The notes: generated by a model from the sequence alone, not told the origin. 43,237 nt of DNA from a virus (IMGVR_UViG_3300042334_001174:1-43237); one strand, 5' to 3'. Shown: positions 1 to 8,803, numbered from the stretch's first letter. Made by a program: numbers and translations.

Positions 1-68
1 CTCTCTGCCGCGCTTTCAATCGCTGGATTACCTCTATACCGCAGAATGCAGAATAGGCGAGCCCAGCC

Positions 69-97
69 TTGACGCCGGGCCGGGCTTGGCGTAGGCT
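69..97 (+). promoter_or_regulatory. Putative sigma70-type promoter for the replication operon
   Basis: TTGACG (69-74), 17-bp spacer, TAGGCT (92-97), about 100 nt upstream of the initiator ATG. Confidence 0.5.
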
Positions 98-108
98 TGC
101 CCTGCCGC

Positions 109-197
109 CTGTTCTTCCCAGGCCGTAGCGATAAAACTTTCCCCTCTCTGTGCCAGTCGCCTTCGGGCTTCTGGGGAAGACACAGAGAGGGATTTTT
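109..197 (+). promoter_or_regulatory. Structured leader with alternative hairpins (attenuator-like)
   Basis: CCCTCTCTGTG (142-152) pairs with CACAGAGAGGG (181-191) and is followed by ATTTTT. Segment 109-121 (CTGTTCTTCCCAG) can alternatively pair with 171-185. Confidence 0.45.
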
Positions 198-865
<668 letters not shown>

Positions 866-875
<10 letters not shown>

Positions 876-2263
876 ACGACACGCCCAAGCCCCAGCAGGG
901 CAAGTCTGCCGAAGACATCCTAGCCGAACTTTCAAAGGCTAAGATGCCAAGCGATGCCGAAACAGAGATTGCAGTGCTTTCCTGCGCCATCCAAGCCCCA
1001 GGCTGGGCGGCCAAGCACGCGCCAAACATCCCGATTGGCGCTTTCTCCAAAGACGCTCACCGCCACATCTGGGGGGCTATCTCGTTTCTCCTGATCCAAG
1101 ACACGCCGGTTGATGTCCATACTGTCTGCCACCGTTTGAAGGATATTGGCAAACTTGACCTAGCTGGCGGCTACTCGAATGTAACGGATATTGCCGTTAC
1201 TGTTCTGGGGGCTTACAACGCCGACGCCTACCTCCGCCCCCTGGTGGACATGCACATTCAGCGCCAGCACATCCTAGCCCACGCTCGTAGCCTAGAACTC
1301 CTTCTCCGCACGCAGGTATCCGAGGCCACCGCCCTAGCCGATGCCGTCGAGGCCAACAAGCAGGCCGTCGAGGATGCAGGCAAGGTGTCGGGCCGCAGCC
1401 TCGCCCGGCTCACCATGTCGCAGGCGATTGATGCCACTGTGAACGAGATCAACGAGCGCGTCCAGCGTGGCGGAGCCTTGCCGGGCTGGCCGAGCGGGTT
1501 CCCGTCCATGGATCAGCGCACAGGCGGGCTACAAAAGGGCCGTGTGACCATCTTTGCCGGGCTTCCGAGCGATGGAAAGAGCGCCATTATGCAGAACTGC
1601 GCCCGTAACGCCCTCATGGCCGGAGCTAAAGTTGGCTGGTATTCGCTAGAAATGCCCATTCCTGAGCAGACGTTGCGCATTCTGGCCGAGCAGTCGGGCG
1701 TGGATAACGGCGACCTTTACAGCGGGCTACTATCCCGAGCACAGCAAGATTTGCTAACGCGGGCTGTTCGTGAGTTGCGCGACAAGGGCGCGGTGATGGT
1801 GGATACTGAGAATGCCACCTCCGCCGACATCTTGGCCGATATTGAGCGGTCGGGCTTTGATGTTGCCGTGATTGACTACCTCCAACTTTTGGAGCCCGGC
1901 GACGTTCGCAAGGGGGCGAGCCGTGAAGAGGTGATTTCCAGCATCTCCCGCCGCATTAAGGCCGTAGCAAGGCGGACAGGCTGCCACATCCTAAGCGCCA
2001 GCCAGCTTAACGACCAAGGCCGCCTCCGTGAGAGCCGGGCCATCGGCCAAGATGCTGATAGCGTGTACTTGGTCAACAAGTGCCCCATGGAGCGCAAAGA
2101 CGGCAAAGCCACCGACGCCGACGACCAACTAGAGTTCGACGACACCCGCCGCCTTCTTTGGTGCGAGAAAAACCGTGGAGGCAAACGGCATTGGGAATTG
2201 CCTTTGTGGTTTTTTGGATCTACATTTACCTTTAAAGAAATACAGGCCACTGACAGCATGTAA
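866..2263 (+). CDS. dnaB: Replicative DNA helicase, DnaB family
   Basis: Walker A GLPSDGKS, SLEM, IDYLQL, ASQLN, LRESRAIGQDAD and KNRGG motifs, plus an N-terminal DnaB helical domain. Confidence 0.93.
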
Positions 2264-2281
2264 CCCCAGACATCCGACACC

Positions 2282-2560
2282 ATGACCACCGAAGACGCCC
2301 TCTTTACCCTCCCAGCCAGCCCGCCGCCAGCCCTGGCCCGCCTCCGGGCAGAATACGCCGAGTCCGTGGCGGCATGGCACGCCGCAGACGAGCACGAAGA
2401 CGAAAGTGGGGAGGCTGTGCCCCGTGAGGTCACTCGCCGAATGCACCGCGCCGAATGCTGCCTCCGCGCCGAAGAAGCCCGGCTGGCTGCCCTGGCCGAC
2501 ACTAGCCACTGCGCCGAGCTTGGCGTGGCTTTTGCTGAACTTCCACACGCGCTGCCATGA
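2282..2560 (+). CDS. Hypothetical protein
   Basis: ATG after an A/C-rich leader, ATGA overlap with the next gene. Confidence 0.6.
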   Translation: MTTEDALFTLPASPPPALARLRAEYAESVAAWHAADEHEDESGEAVPREVTRRMHRAECCLRAEEARLAALADTSHCAELGVAFAELPHALP

Positions 2561-2775
2561 CTGCCACCCAAGCCTGCCCCATCGCCCGAGCCGAGGCCAG
2601 CCTAGCCGCCATCTTCGCCGCCTGCCAAGCCTACAAGGCCCGCCACGCCCAGGCCCGGCAGGCCAAGGCCGACGCCCGGCTCGCCCAGGGCGGGCTATGG
2701 TGGCGGAAGGAGGGGAACGAAATAGGTCAGCCACCGCCGCCGGGAGCGAGCGAGGCCGACACGAAAAATCTATGA
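2557..2775 (+). CDS. Hypothetical protein whose C-terminus is encoded in the first attC-like site
   Basis: ATGA overlaps at both ends, reads through AAC 2716-2718 in frame. Confidence 0.6.
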   Translation: MTATQACPIARAEASLAAIFAACQAYKARHAQARQAKADARLAQGGLWWRKEGNEIGQPPPPGASEADTKNL

Positions 2776-2837
2776 GACACAACAGGGCAACGAAACGGAA
2801 ACGCGGGCGGGTGTTGGCTGCACCGCCATTGTTAGGC
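2712..2837 (-). repeat. attC-like site 1
   Basis: GGGGAAC-gaaata-GGTCAGCCA ... TTGGCTG(C)ACC-gccatt-GTTAGGC, with an unpaired C in the right arm. Confidence 0.7.
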
Positions 2838-3029
2838 ACGTTTGGCGAGCAATACGAAGTCAGCCTCGACTACCGGAAGCCGGATGGATACTGGGTGTGC
2901 TCGCACAAAGAACACGTCACCGTGCCGGTGGTGCATGGAGTGAATGAGAAGAAAAACCACGCAGCGGCGGAAGCCATCGCAAAACAACGATACCCAAAAT
3001 GCAGAATCAACAGCGTGACATACTGCTAG
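2772..3029 (+). CDS. Hypothetical cassette protein (cassette A)
   Basis: ATG 2772 lies inside attC 1 with an ATGA overlap, and the stop falls just before attC 2. This is the C-terminal part of ORF-track 2406..3029. Confidence 0.6.
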   Translation: MRHNRATKRKRGRVLAAPPLLGTFGEQYEVSLDYRKPDGYWVCSHKEHVTVPVVHGVNEKKNHAAAEAIAKQRYPKCRINSVTYC

Positions 3030-3030
3030 T

Positions 3031-3129
3031 GCCTAACGACAAGCTGACCCACGGAGGCCCGACTAATGAGCATTGAATCCACAAAAGACGAGCAACGGGA
3101 CTCCGTTGCGGTCCAGCGCCTTGTTCGGC
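3031..3129 (-). repeat. attC-like site 2
   Basis: GCCTAAC-gacaa-GCTGACCCACGGAG ... CTCCGTTGCGGTC(C)AGC-gcctt-GTTCGGC. Confidence 0.8.
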
Positions 3130-3302
3130 AGGTTGAATGCCTGACCGAAGCTGTGGCGTCTCTCGCCTACTGCCTTCAGCGCGGCCCATGCTGGGGGTCA
3201 ACTGGCGAGGTAAACAACGCACTCCAGAAAGCGTGGCGGCTGGTGGAGCAAGCCCGAAGCAATCCGCCGAACGCCAAGGATCACGCGACCGATGGGGCTT
3301 AG
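3066..3302 (+). CDS. Hypothetical cassette protein (cassette B)
   Basis: Starts in the loop of attC 2 and ends inside attC 3. Confidence 0.6.
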   Translation: MSIESTKDEQRDSVAVQRLVRQVECLTEAVASLAYCLQRGPCWGSTGEVNNALQKAWRLVEQARSNPPNAKDHATDGA

Positions 3303-3401
3303 CCACAAATGAATCTCAACCGCCAAACGATATGACCGAAGCTGTAAACCCCGAAGTAAAAGAGCAGGCCCCATCTGGTCGCGTGCATCCTCTTGTTCGC
3401 C
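3266..3401 (-). repeat. attC-like site 3
   Basis: GCCGAAC-gccaa-GGATCACGCGACCGATGGGGC ... GCCCCATC(T)GGTCGCGTG(C)ATCC-tctt-GTTCGCC, a perfect stem with two extrahelical bases. Confidence 0.85.
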
Positions 3402-3724
3402 ATTCGTTGTCGCGCAAGGCTGGATGGCGGATGCCTGCGAATACCGTGAAGGTGTCGCGCCCTGGCAAATGGGGGAATCCGTTTCTCGTCGGGCCGGAAC
3501 GCACGCAAGTCGAGGCAGTGGGAGCGTTCCGAATCTGGCTCACGACTGAGGGCGTGACGGCTGGAATCCACGAACGCAAACAGTGGATGCTCGACCACTT
3601 GCACGAACTGCGCGGGAAAAATCTGGCGTGCTGGTGCAAGGCAGGCACGCCGTGCCATGCCGATGTGCTGCTCGATATGGCGAACGCTAGCCTATCCCAC
3701 GGGGAGGGCGGAAAAAAATCATGA
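3332..3724 (+). CDS. DUF4326 family protein (cassette C)
   Basis: VSRPGKWGNPF, ELRGKNLACWC and PCHADVL motifs. ATG 3332 lies in the loop of attC 3. Confidence 0.85.
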   Translation: MTEAVNPEVKEQAPSGRVHPLVRHSLSRKAGWRMPANTVKVSRPGKWGNPFLVGPERTQVEAVGAFRIWLTTEGVTAGIHERKQWMLDHLHELRGKNLACWCKAGTPCHADVLLDMANASLSHGEGGKKS

Positions 3725-3776
3725 ATACTGAAACGACATCGCCGCCCTCCCCGTTGGGATCAGGCAATTGTTCTCC
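3679..3776 (-). repeat. attC-like site 4
   Basis: GGCGAAC-gcta-GCCTATCCCACGGGGAGGGCGG ... CCGCCCTCCCCG(T)TGGGAT(C)AGGC-aatt-GTTCTCC, a perfect stem with two extrahelical bases. Confidence 0.85.
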
Positions 3777-4419
3777 GTTGCTGGATCTACGGTTGACCGA
3801 CTGTATGGAGTTCCTGCGGGCGACTCCCGACAATGCCTATGACCTCGCCATCGTAGATCCGCCGTATGGACTCGGTGACGTGCTTGTGGCTGGTGGAACG
3901 TGGTCGGTCAAGTATCAGGCCAAGGGCGCGAAATGGGACGTAAAACCAGAGGCGGAATACTTCGAGCAACTCCGTCGCGTGGCGAAAAACTGGATCGTAT
4001 GGGGAGCGAACTACTACTCGGAACACCTCCCGCCAACGCGGGGCTTCGTCGTGTGGCACAAGCCGAACATGGAAGGGATGCACACGATGGCGAACTGTGA
4101 ACTGGCGTGGACGAGCTTCGACAGGAACGCCAAGACGGTATCAATCACGCGGCCAAACGAGGACAGAATCCACGTCTGCCAAAAGCCGGTGAAGCTCTAC
4201 GAATGGCTACTGGCGAACTACGCCAAGCCGGGCGACCGCATCCTCGATACGCACATGGGAAGCGGAAGCATCGCCATCGCCTGCCACTTCAGGGGGCATC
4301 CGCTCACTGCCTGCGAGATCGACCCCGAATACTTCGCCGCCGCAAAAGCCCGCATTGAACGGGAGACGGCGCAACTCACCCTTTTTACGGAGAACAGTAC
4401 GGATCATCCAACGAATTGA
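3721..4419 (+). CDS. DNA N6-adenine/N4-cytosine methyltransferase, beta class (cassette D)
   Basis: Catalytic DPPY precedes HVCQKPVKLY and the SAM-binding ILDTHMGSGS, with ACEID downstream. Confidence 0.92.
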   Translation: MNTETTSPPSPLGSGNCSPLLDLRLTDCMEFLRATPDNAYDLAIVDPPYGLGDVLVAGGTWSVKYQAKGAKWDVKPEAEYFEQLRRVAKNWIVWGANYYSEHLPPTRGFVVWHKPNMEGMHTMANCELAWTSFDRNAKTVSITRPNEDRIHVCQKPVKLYEWLLANYAKPGDRILDTHMGSGSIAIACHFRGHPLTACEIDPEYFAAAKARIERETAQLTLFTENSTDHPTN

Positions 4420-4443
4420 CGACATATCACGCATCCGTATGGT
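4416..4443 (+). promoter_or_regulatory. Possible sigma70 promoter at the end of the cassette array
   Basis: TTGACG-N16-TATGGT, 20 nt before ATG 4463. Confidence 0.3.
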
Positions 4444-4462
4444 GCAAACCCACACCAACCCC

Positions 4463-4702
4463 ATGACTGACCTCACCCTATCCGAACAAGCCTTCTCTGC
4501 CGTAGCCGCCGCCCTAGCCCCGCTCCCGCCCGCCGAGGCCGAGGCCCTGCTAGCCTTCATGTTGGCCTCCGTGGCCGTGAAGTACCGCACCGGCCTCCCC
4601 GCCTCCGGCATCAAGGCCGAGCTGGCCGCCAAGGTGGGCCTCGCCGTGGACGGGCTGGCGGGGCCTGCCCAGGCTTACGATGCCGCGCAGGTGGCGGGCT
4701 AG
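4463..4702 (+). CDS. Hypothetical protein
   Basis: ATG after an A/C-rich leader, Ala/Leu-rich helical sequence, codon style like the phage backbone. Confidence 0.6.
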   Translation: MTDLTLSEQAFSAVAAALAPLPPAEAEALLAFMLASVAVKYRTGLPASGIKAELAAKVGLAVDGLAGPAQAYDAAQVAG

Positions 4703-4705
4703 GCT

Positions 4706-4936
4706 ATGAATGCGCTCGTCCATCACTGCACGCCTGTTAATCGGGATGCGGCGTTTATCCTGCGCCACTCCACTCTGCAAGGCCAGCCAAGCGTGCCGAT
4801 TGAACGGCAAGGCGCTATCAGCAAATGCCCGTACTGCGGCGGGCGGGCCTACCGGGGCGGCTGGTGCTTTGGCTGTGGGGCCTCGCTGCCTAGAGTTGCC
4901 CTGCGCTGCGGTAAAGCAGGGACAGATTGCGAATAA
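4706..4936 (+). CDS. Small zinc-ribbon-like protein
   Basis: CPYCGG...CFGCG motif. Overlaps the 3' end of the convergent tail gene by 47 bp. Confidence 0.5.
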   Translation: MNALVHHCTPVNRDAAFILRHSTLQGQPSVPIERQGAISKCPYCGGRAYRGGWCFGCGASLPRVALRCGKAGTDCE

Positions 4937-7874
4937 CCCACGGGCTTTGTTCTGCGGAGGTGATGGTAAAGCGGATCTTCACAGACTCCCCTCCCAACAT
5001 ACACATAACCTTGCGCAACTGCTGCGTGTTAGTGCTGTAAAGGTCGTCAATAGTACGCAAAACGCTAAAGCCAGATTTGTTGATTAACTCGATGTCCACC
5101 CACGCTCTGCTGTTCTTGATTGTGGAGAACAGTAAGCCGGAAAATTGTTTAAAACTTGAGAGCTTACCCAAGTCAATGAACCCTGTTTCGATTACTGCCT
5201 GATAGGCTTGGTAATATCTGTAGCCTGCGCGGTCAACGTAGCCGTACCCAGCATAAGCAGCCGGGATAGGATCAATGATTGCGTGCGGAGTGTAAGCAGA
5301 GCTAGTGCTAAGCTCATCTCCGCTGTCATTTTGTTCGCGTGAGTCAATAAAGAAAAGGTTGCCGTCCTCATCGTTGAAAACAACCTCTGGACGCTCTGCT
5401 TCCATTTTTGCCACACAGAAAACTTTAGGATAGGTGAACTGTCCCACAATTCCTGAGTTCTGGAAATCGTAGGCGAAACTTGTGAGTGTGTTATCTTGCC
5501 CAGGGAACGAATACCAATAGAGTTCTGAGCGCAGGTCGATATAGGTATTTACTCGGTCCGGCTGCTGTCCAATGCGATCAATATTAGCAATATCTAGCAG
5601 GTATTCTATCGAGTCCTTCGTGCTTGCCGCAATGTTTCGGCGACCATATCGGGCACCGCTGAACTCATATATCTGTAAATCAGATCCCAAGAAGAAGATT
5701 TTTGAGTTCTCGTAATCCGTGATGCAGGCCGGATTGAGTGCGCCCACCGTCACTTGTGGGATATGCTTGTCTGCGGTCGGGTCAGATGGGTTGAGCAAGA
5801 TGACCCCATTGTTGCTGTGAACGTGAAGCCGGTAATCGTCCGTGTACAAGGCCGTTACCTTTAACCGGCTAGTCTGGCGGGCTAGGCTGATTAGAACAGG
5901 CTCTAACGAATAAGCACCCTCGGGAGCAATTTCATCGTCGGTAGCAGTCTTTGAGACATAAAGCAAGTCCGGCCCATCCAGGCCGCCGCCGTACCAGACT
6001 TGGCCGCCCACCATCACCACGTCTTTGTACGGCAATGGCCGATTCTGATCGACCGACATCGCGGTTCCGATTTCCGTATTCGTGCCTACTTGCAGCGTCT
6101 TTGTCCCCGAGGTATTCGCCACATCACCCACAAATGACCACACGGCAGCCGTACCTTCTCCAAACTGGAAATACACCCGGATCAAATCAAACCGCCCGCC
6201 CTCGGCAGCCGGGTCTGGCGTGATAGTAACAAGGATGTCAGAGCGGGTGGACTCGTCCAAGATGATCGTGTTGGAGATGTCGGAGGAAACGCCCTCGTAG
6301 CCTAGCCTCTCCGTGCCCGAGTCGAAATAGCGCAGATACACCGTGCAGGTCTGGCTAGTCAGGCCCTCCGAAGTGCCCGCCCCCAGGCCGCCCGACAAGA
6401 AGGCCGGGCCGTAGCTGCCAGTGTCGCTTGTGGCATCGGCGGCGGACTTGGCGGCCTCCAGAATGCCCACAACGCGGGTATCGGCGTTGACGTAGGCCAC
6501 GATGGCGTCGGTGGAGTTGATGGGGCCGGTGCTGCCCGTAATGATGGTGTAGAGGTACGGGTTGCTGGTCGTGCCGCTGCCGGAGAGGGTGGAGCTAATC
6601 GAGGTGGCGTAGGCTGATTGCTGGATGGCTACTTGAATGCGATTGTTGCCGGACGAGCCGGGGAAGTTCGTCGCGTCCGCCGTGAACGTGAGCGTGGCCG
6701 TGCCAGCCCTGACCGCCGTTCCTGTGGGCACAATGCTTTGCGTGCCACTGCCAGCCGTGGTGAGATTGATCGCCGCGCCGCCAGCCGTGGCCGCCAGTTT
6801 GAAGAAAAAGACGTTCGTGGACACGTCCCGCATGTAGTAGGTCGTAGCCGTGGCGAGGGGGGCAGGCAATGTGCCCGATGTCGTGACCGTGATGGCCTGC
6901 GCGTCGCTGTAGCCGTGGCCGAAAAGCTGGTAGAGCACCACGCCAGAGCCCGCCGTGGTGATGTCGATGGCGGCCCCGCCAGCCGTGGCGGCTAGGCTTG
7001 TCGTCGTGCCAGACACCGATTTGCAGTAATAGAGCGTGTTGTTGGTGAGGCCAGCCGGGGCCGAGGTCGCCACCAGCAAGACGGCCATGCCCTCCGTGGG
7101 CAGAAAGCCAGACACGGCCAGCGTATTAGCCGAGGCCGAGACAACGCACGTTGCTGACGCTGAGTAGCTGTAAACGTAATCCGTCGCCACCACGGGCCGG
7201 AACATGAAGGCCGCCGAGCCCGCCGAGCCCGGCAAGGCCCACTTGGCCTGCACGTTGCTGGTGCCCGCAGGCGTGGCCCGGCTAATGACCGGCGTGGCTG
7301 GCTGGACGTTGCTGCCTGCCGAGCGCCACTTGCCCGGCGTGGCCGTGCGGCCTAGCTGGAAGATGCCGGGCGTGTCCACGTTGTTGGAGAGCATGAGCTG
7401 GGTCGCCGTGCGCTTGCCATACCAGCGGGCGTTGGCGTCGAAGCCCACGGCCAGCACTTCCCAGGTGGGCGGCCCGGCGCTGAAATCGTAGTTGCCCGAG
7501 GTGAAGCTACCGTCATCGCCGCCGTAGAAGAGTCCGCGTGCCTTGCTCTGGGTGAGGTCGTAGAAGAGAATGAAGTTCTTGCCCTGGCGATAGACGCGCA
7601 CCAGCACGGTCTTGTTGGCCGCTATGGCCGCCGAGTCCACGCCCACGCCGGACGGGTAGCCGGTGAAAGGCAGGCTGCGGATCTTGGTGGCGGCGGTTTC
7701 GCTGGAGAACGTGGCCCAGAGTCGGGTGTACTTGGGAATGCCTTTTATTGCGCCAGTTGGCCGCAAAAGAGTATTGATGGCGCGTTGCAAACGCCCTCCC
7801 ATATCGGTGGACTCGATGGAGCTGGCGAGAGTGCCAAACTCGCGGACATCGTGCGTGTAAAGTTGTGCGCCCAT
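4890..7874 (-). CDS. Tail nozzle / packaged-DNA stabilization protein (T7 gp12 / P22 gp10-like) with inserted repeat domains
   Basis: 994 aa, beta-rich. N-terminal AINTLLRPTGAIK, propeller-like C-terminal half, ends with KIRFTITS...WVIRNLSLLY. Follows the adaptor gene. Confidence 0.65.
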   Translation of the reverse strand: MGAQLYTHDVREFGTLASSIESTDMGGRLQRAINTLLRPTGAIKGIPKYTRLWATFSSETAATKIRSLPFTGYPSGVGVDSAAIAANKTVLVRVYRQGKNFILFYDLTQSKARGLFYGGDDGSFTSGNYDFSAGPPTWEVLAVGFDANARWYGKRTATQLMLSNNVDTPGIFQLGRTATPGKWRSAGSNVQPATPVISRATPAGTSNVQAKWALPGSAGSAAFMFRPVVATDYVYSYSASATCVVSASANTLAVSGFLPTEGMAVLLVATSAPAGLTNNTLYYCKSVSGTTTSLAATAGGAAIDITTAGSGVVLYQLFGHGYSDAQAITVTTSGTLPAPLATATTYYMRDVSTNVFFFKLAATAGGAAINLTTAGSGTQSIVPTGTAVRAGTATLTFTADATNFPGSSGNNRIQVAIQQSAYATSISSTLSGSGTTSNPYLYTIITGSTGPINSTDAIVAYVNADTRVVGILEAAKSAADATSDTGSYGPAFLSGGLGAGTSEGLTSQTCTVYLRYFDSGTERLGYEGVSSDISNTIILDESTRSDILVTITPDPAAEGGRFDLIRVYFQFGEGTAAVWSFVGDVANTSGTKTLQVGTNTEIGTAMSVDQNRPLPYKDVVMVGGQVWYGGGLDGPDLLYVSKTATDDEIAPEGAYSLEPVLISLARQTSRLKVTALYTDDYRLHVHSNNGVILLNPSDPTADKHIPQVTVGALNPACITDYENSKIFFLGSDLQIYEFSGARYGRRNIAASTKDSIEYLLDIANIDRIGQQPDRVNTYIDLRSELYWYSFPGQDNTLTSFAYDFQNSGIVGQFTYPKVFCVAKMEAERPEVVFNDEDGNLFFIDSREQNDSGDELSTSSAYTPHAIIDPIPAAYAGYGYVDRAGYRYYQAYQAVIETGFIDLGKLSSFKQFSGLLFSTIKNSRAWVDIELINKSGFSVLRTIDDLYSTNTQQLRKVMCMLGGESVKIRFTITSAEQSPWVIRNLSLLYRSAGQL

Positions 7875-7876
7875 TA

Positions 7877-8803
7877 TTACCTCTGGTTCGAGTAGCGGTA
7901 GCGTTTTTGAATGTTGCCCGCAATCGTGAGTTGGGAAGCCTTAGTCATGGCTAGGGTGTAGTCGTCTTGGAGTTCAGACTTTGGAATGCTGCAAAACTGG
8001 TACGAAGCGAAGAACCAGCGAACCACCGGCAAAAGAATCTCAACGTCTTTTCCTTGTGGCATGAGGGTTGTGCGTGTGTCCGCCAGTGTAGTGACTGGGG
8101 CAAAAACGAGTTTCCTAGCATCATAAACGAGCTTGTGAGCCTCGCCCGGCAGCGTGTCGAGCATGAGCCCGCCGCGAAGCGTACCAAGCACCATCTGGGC
8201 GTAGGGCCAGTAGCGGGAGGCAAGTTGCACCTGCTTTTGGAGGGCCAGCACAAGCCCGGCGTAGCGGCGGTCCCAGTCCATGCTGTAGTTCATCCAACCC
8301 ATGTTCAAGTCGGAGGCTCCCTGGGCGGGCAGGAGGATTGTTTGCTTGTCGAGGCTGACAGGGTCCATAACTTGGCGGACTCCAGTAGGCATCATAATCC
8401 AATCATTATACACCGTGGCCGAGTAAGTGCCAGACGCCCCCATGAACGGCTCGGCTAGGGCCGGGGCGGACGGGCTGGCCTCGTCCTCGATGCGGTTGAG
8501 CGTGCTGTCTCCCGTGATAAGGATGCCGCACCCTGGCATCCAAGTGGAGACGTAGCCGCCGGTAAACGTAACCGCTTTGGAATACTGAACGCATGTCACC
8601 GTTACCGTGGCGGGCGGCCTGATCACCTCGGCCTGATCTGGCCGTACTTGATAGTAAACGGCTGGGTTTGACTCGCCGACGTGTTCTAAACCACGGTTGA
8701 TGTCGCTTATCAGGCGGGCCTCCAAGTTGGGAGGTCCATGCGACACATCCTCAAGGCCAGCCATGCCAAGGAGTTCGTCACGAATTGTCTGTACGATAGC
8801 CAT
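7877..8803 (-). CDS. Head-tail adaptor (tail tubular A-like)
   Basis: Helical N-terminus (LISDINRGLEHV), size, and position just before the nozzle gene. Confidence 0.55.
   Translation of the reverse strand: MAIVQTIRDELLGMAGLEDVSHGPPNLEARLISDINRGLEHVGESNPAVYYQVRPDQAEVIRPPATVTVTCVQYSKAVTFTGGYVSTWMPGCGILITGDSTLNRIEDEASPSAPALAEPFMGASGTYSATVYNDWIMMPTGVRQVMDPVSLDKQTILLPAQGASDLNMGWMNYSMDWDRRYAGLVLALQKQVQLASRYWPYAQMVLGTLRGGLMLDTLPGEAHKLVYDARKLVFAPVTTLADTRTTLMPQGKDVEILLPVVRWFFASYQFCSIPKSELQDDYTLAMTKASQLTIAGNIQKRYRYSNQR

Larger units (their letters stand above)
2712..4395. mobile_element. Integron-like gene cassette array (four cassettes, no integrase in the window, CALIN-like)
   Basis: Four attC-type hairpins plus a terminal half site. 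Cassette ends are perfectly complementary: GTTAGGCAC/GTGCCTAAC, GTTCGGC/GCCGAAC, GTTCGCCA/TGGCGAAC and GTTCTCCGT/ACGGAGAAC. Confidence 0.8.

Noticed and set aside
1-72. Possible 3' end of an upstream CDS (frame 1, stop at 70-72)
   Set aside because: Too short to support a call.
2406-3331. ORF-track N-terminal extensions (2406..3029 and 3137..3724)
   Set aside because: They overlap better ORFs and are Pro/Arg-rich shadow sequence. The coupled ATGs at 2772 and 3332 fit better.
2712-3776. Hairpins read as simple terminators, REP elements or a CRISPR array
   Set aside because: They have no U-tails, their primary sequences are not repeated, and the spacing is gene-sized. The offset end complementarity fits cassettes instead.
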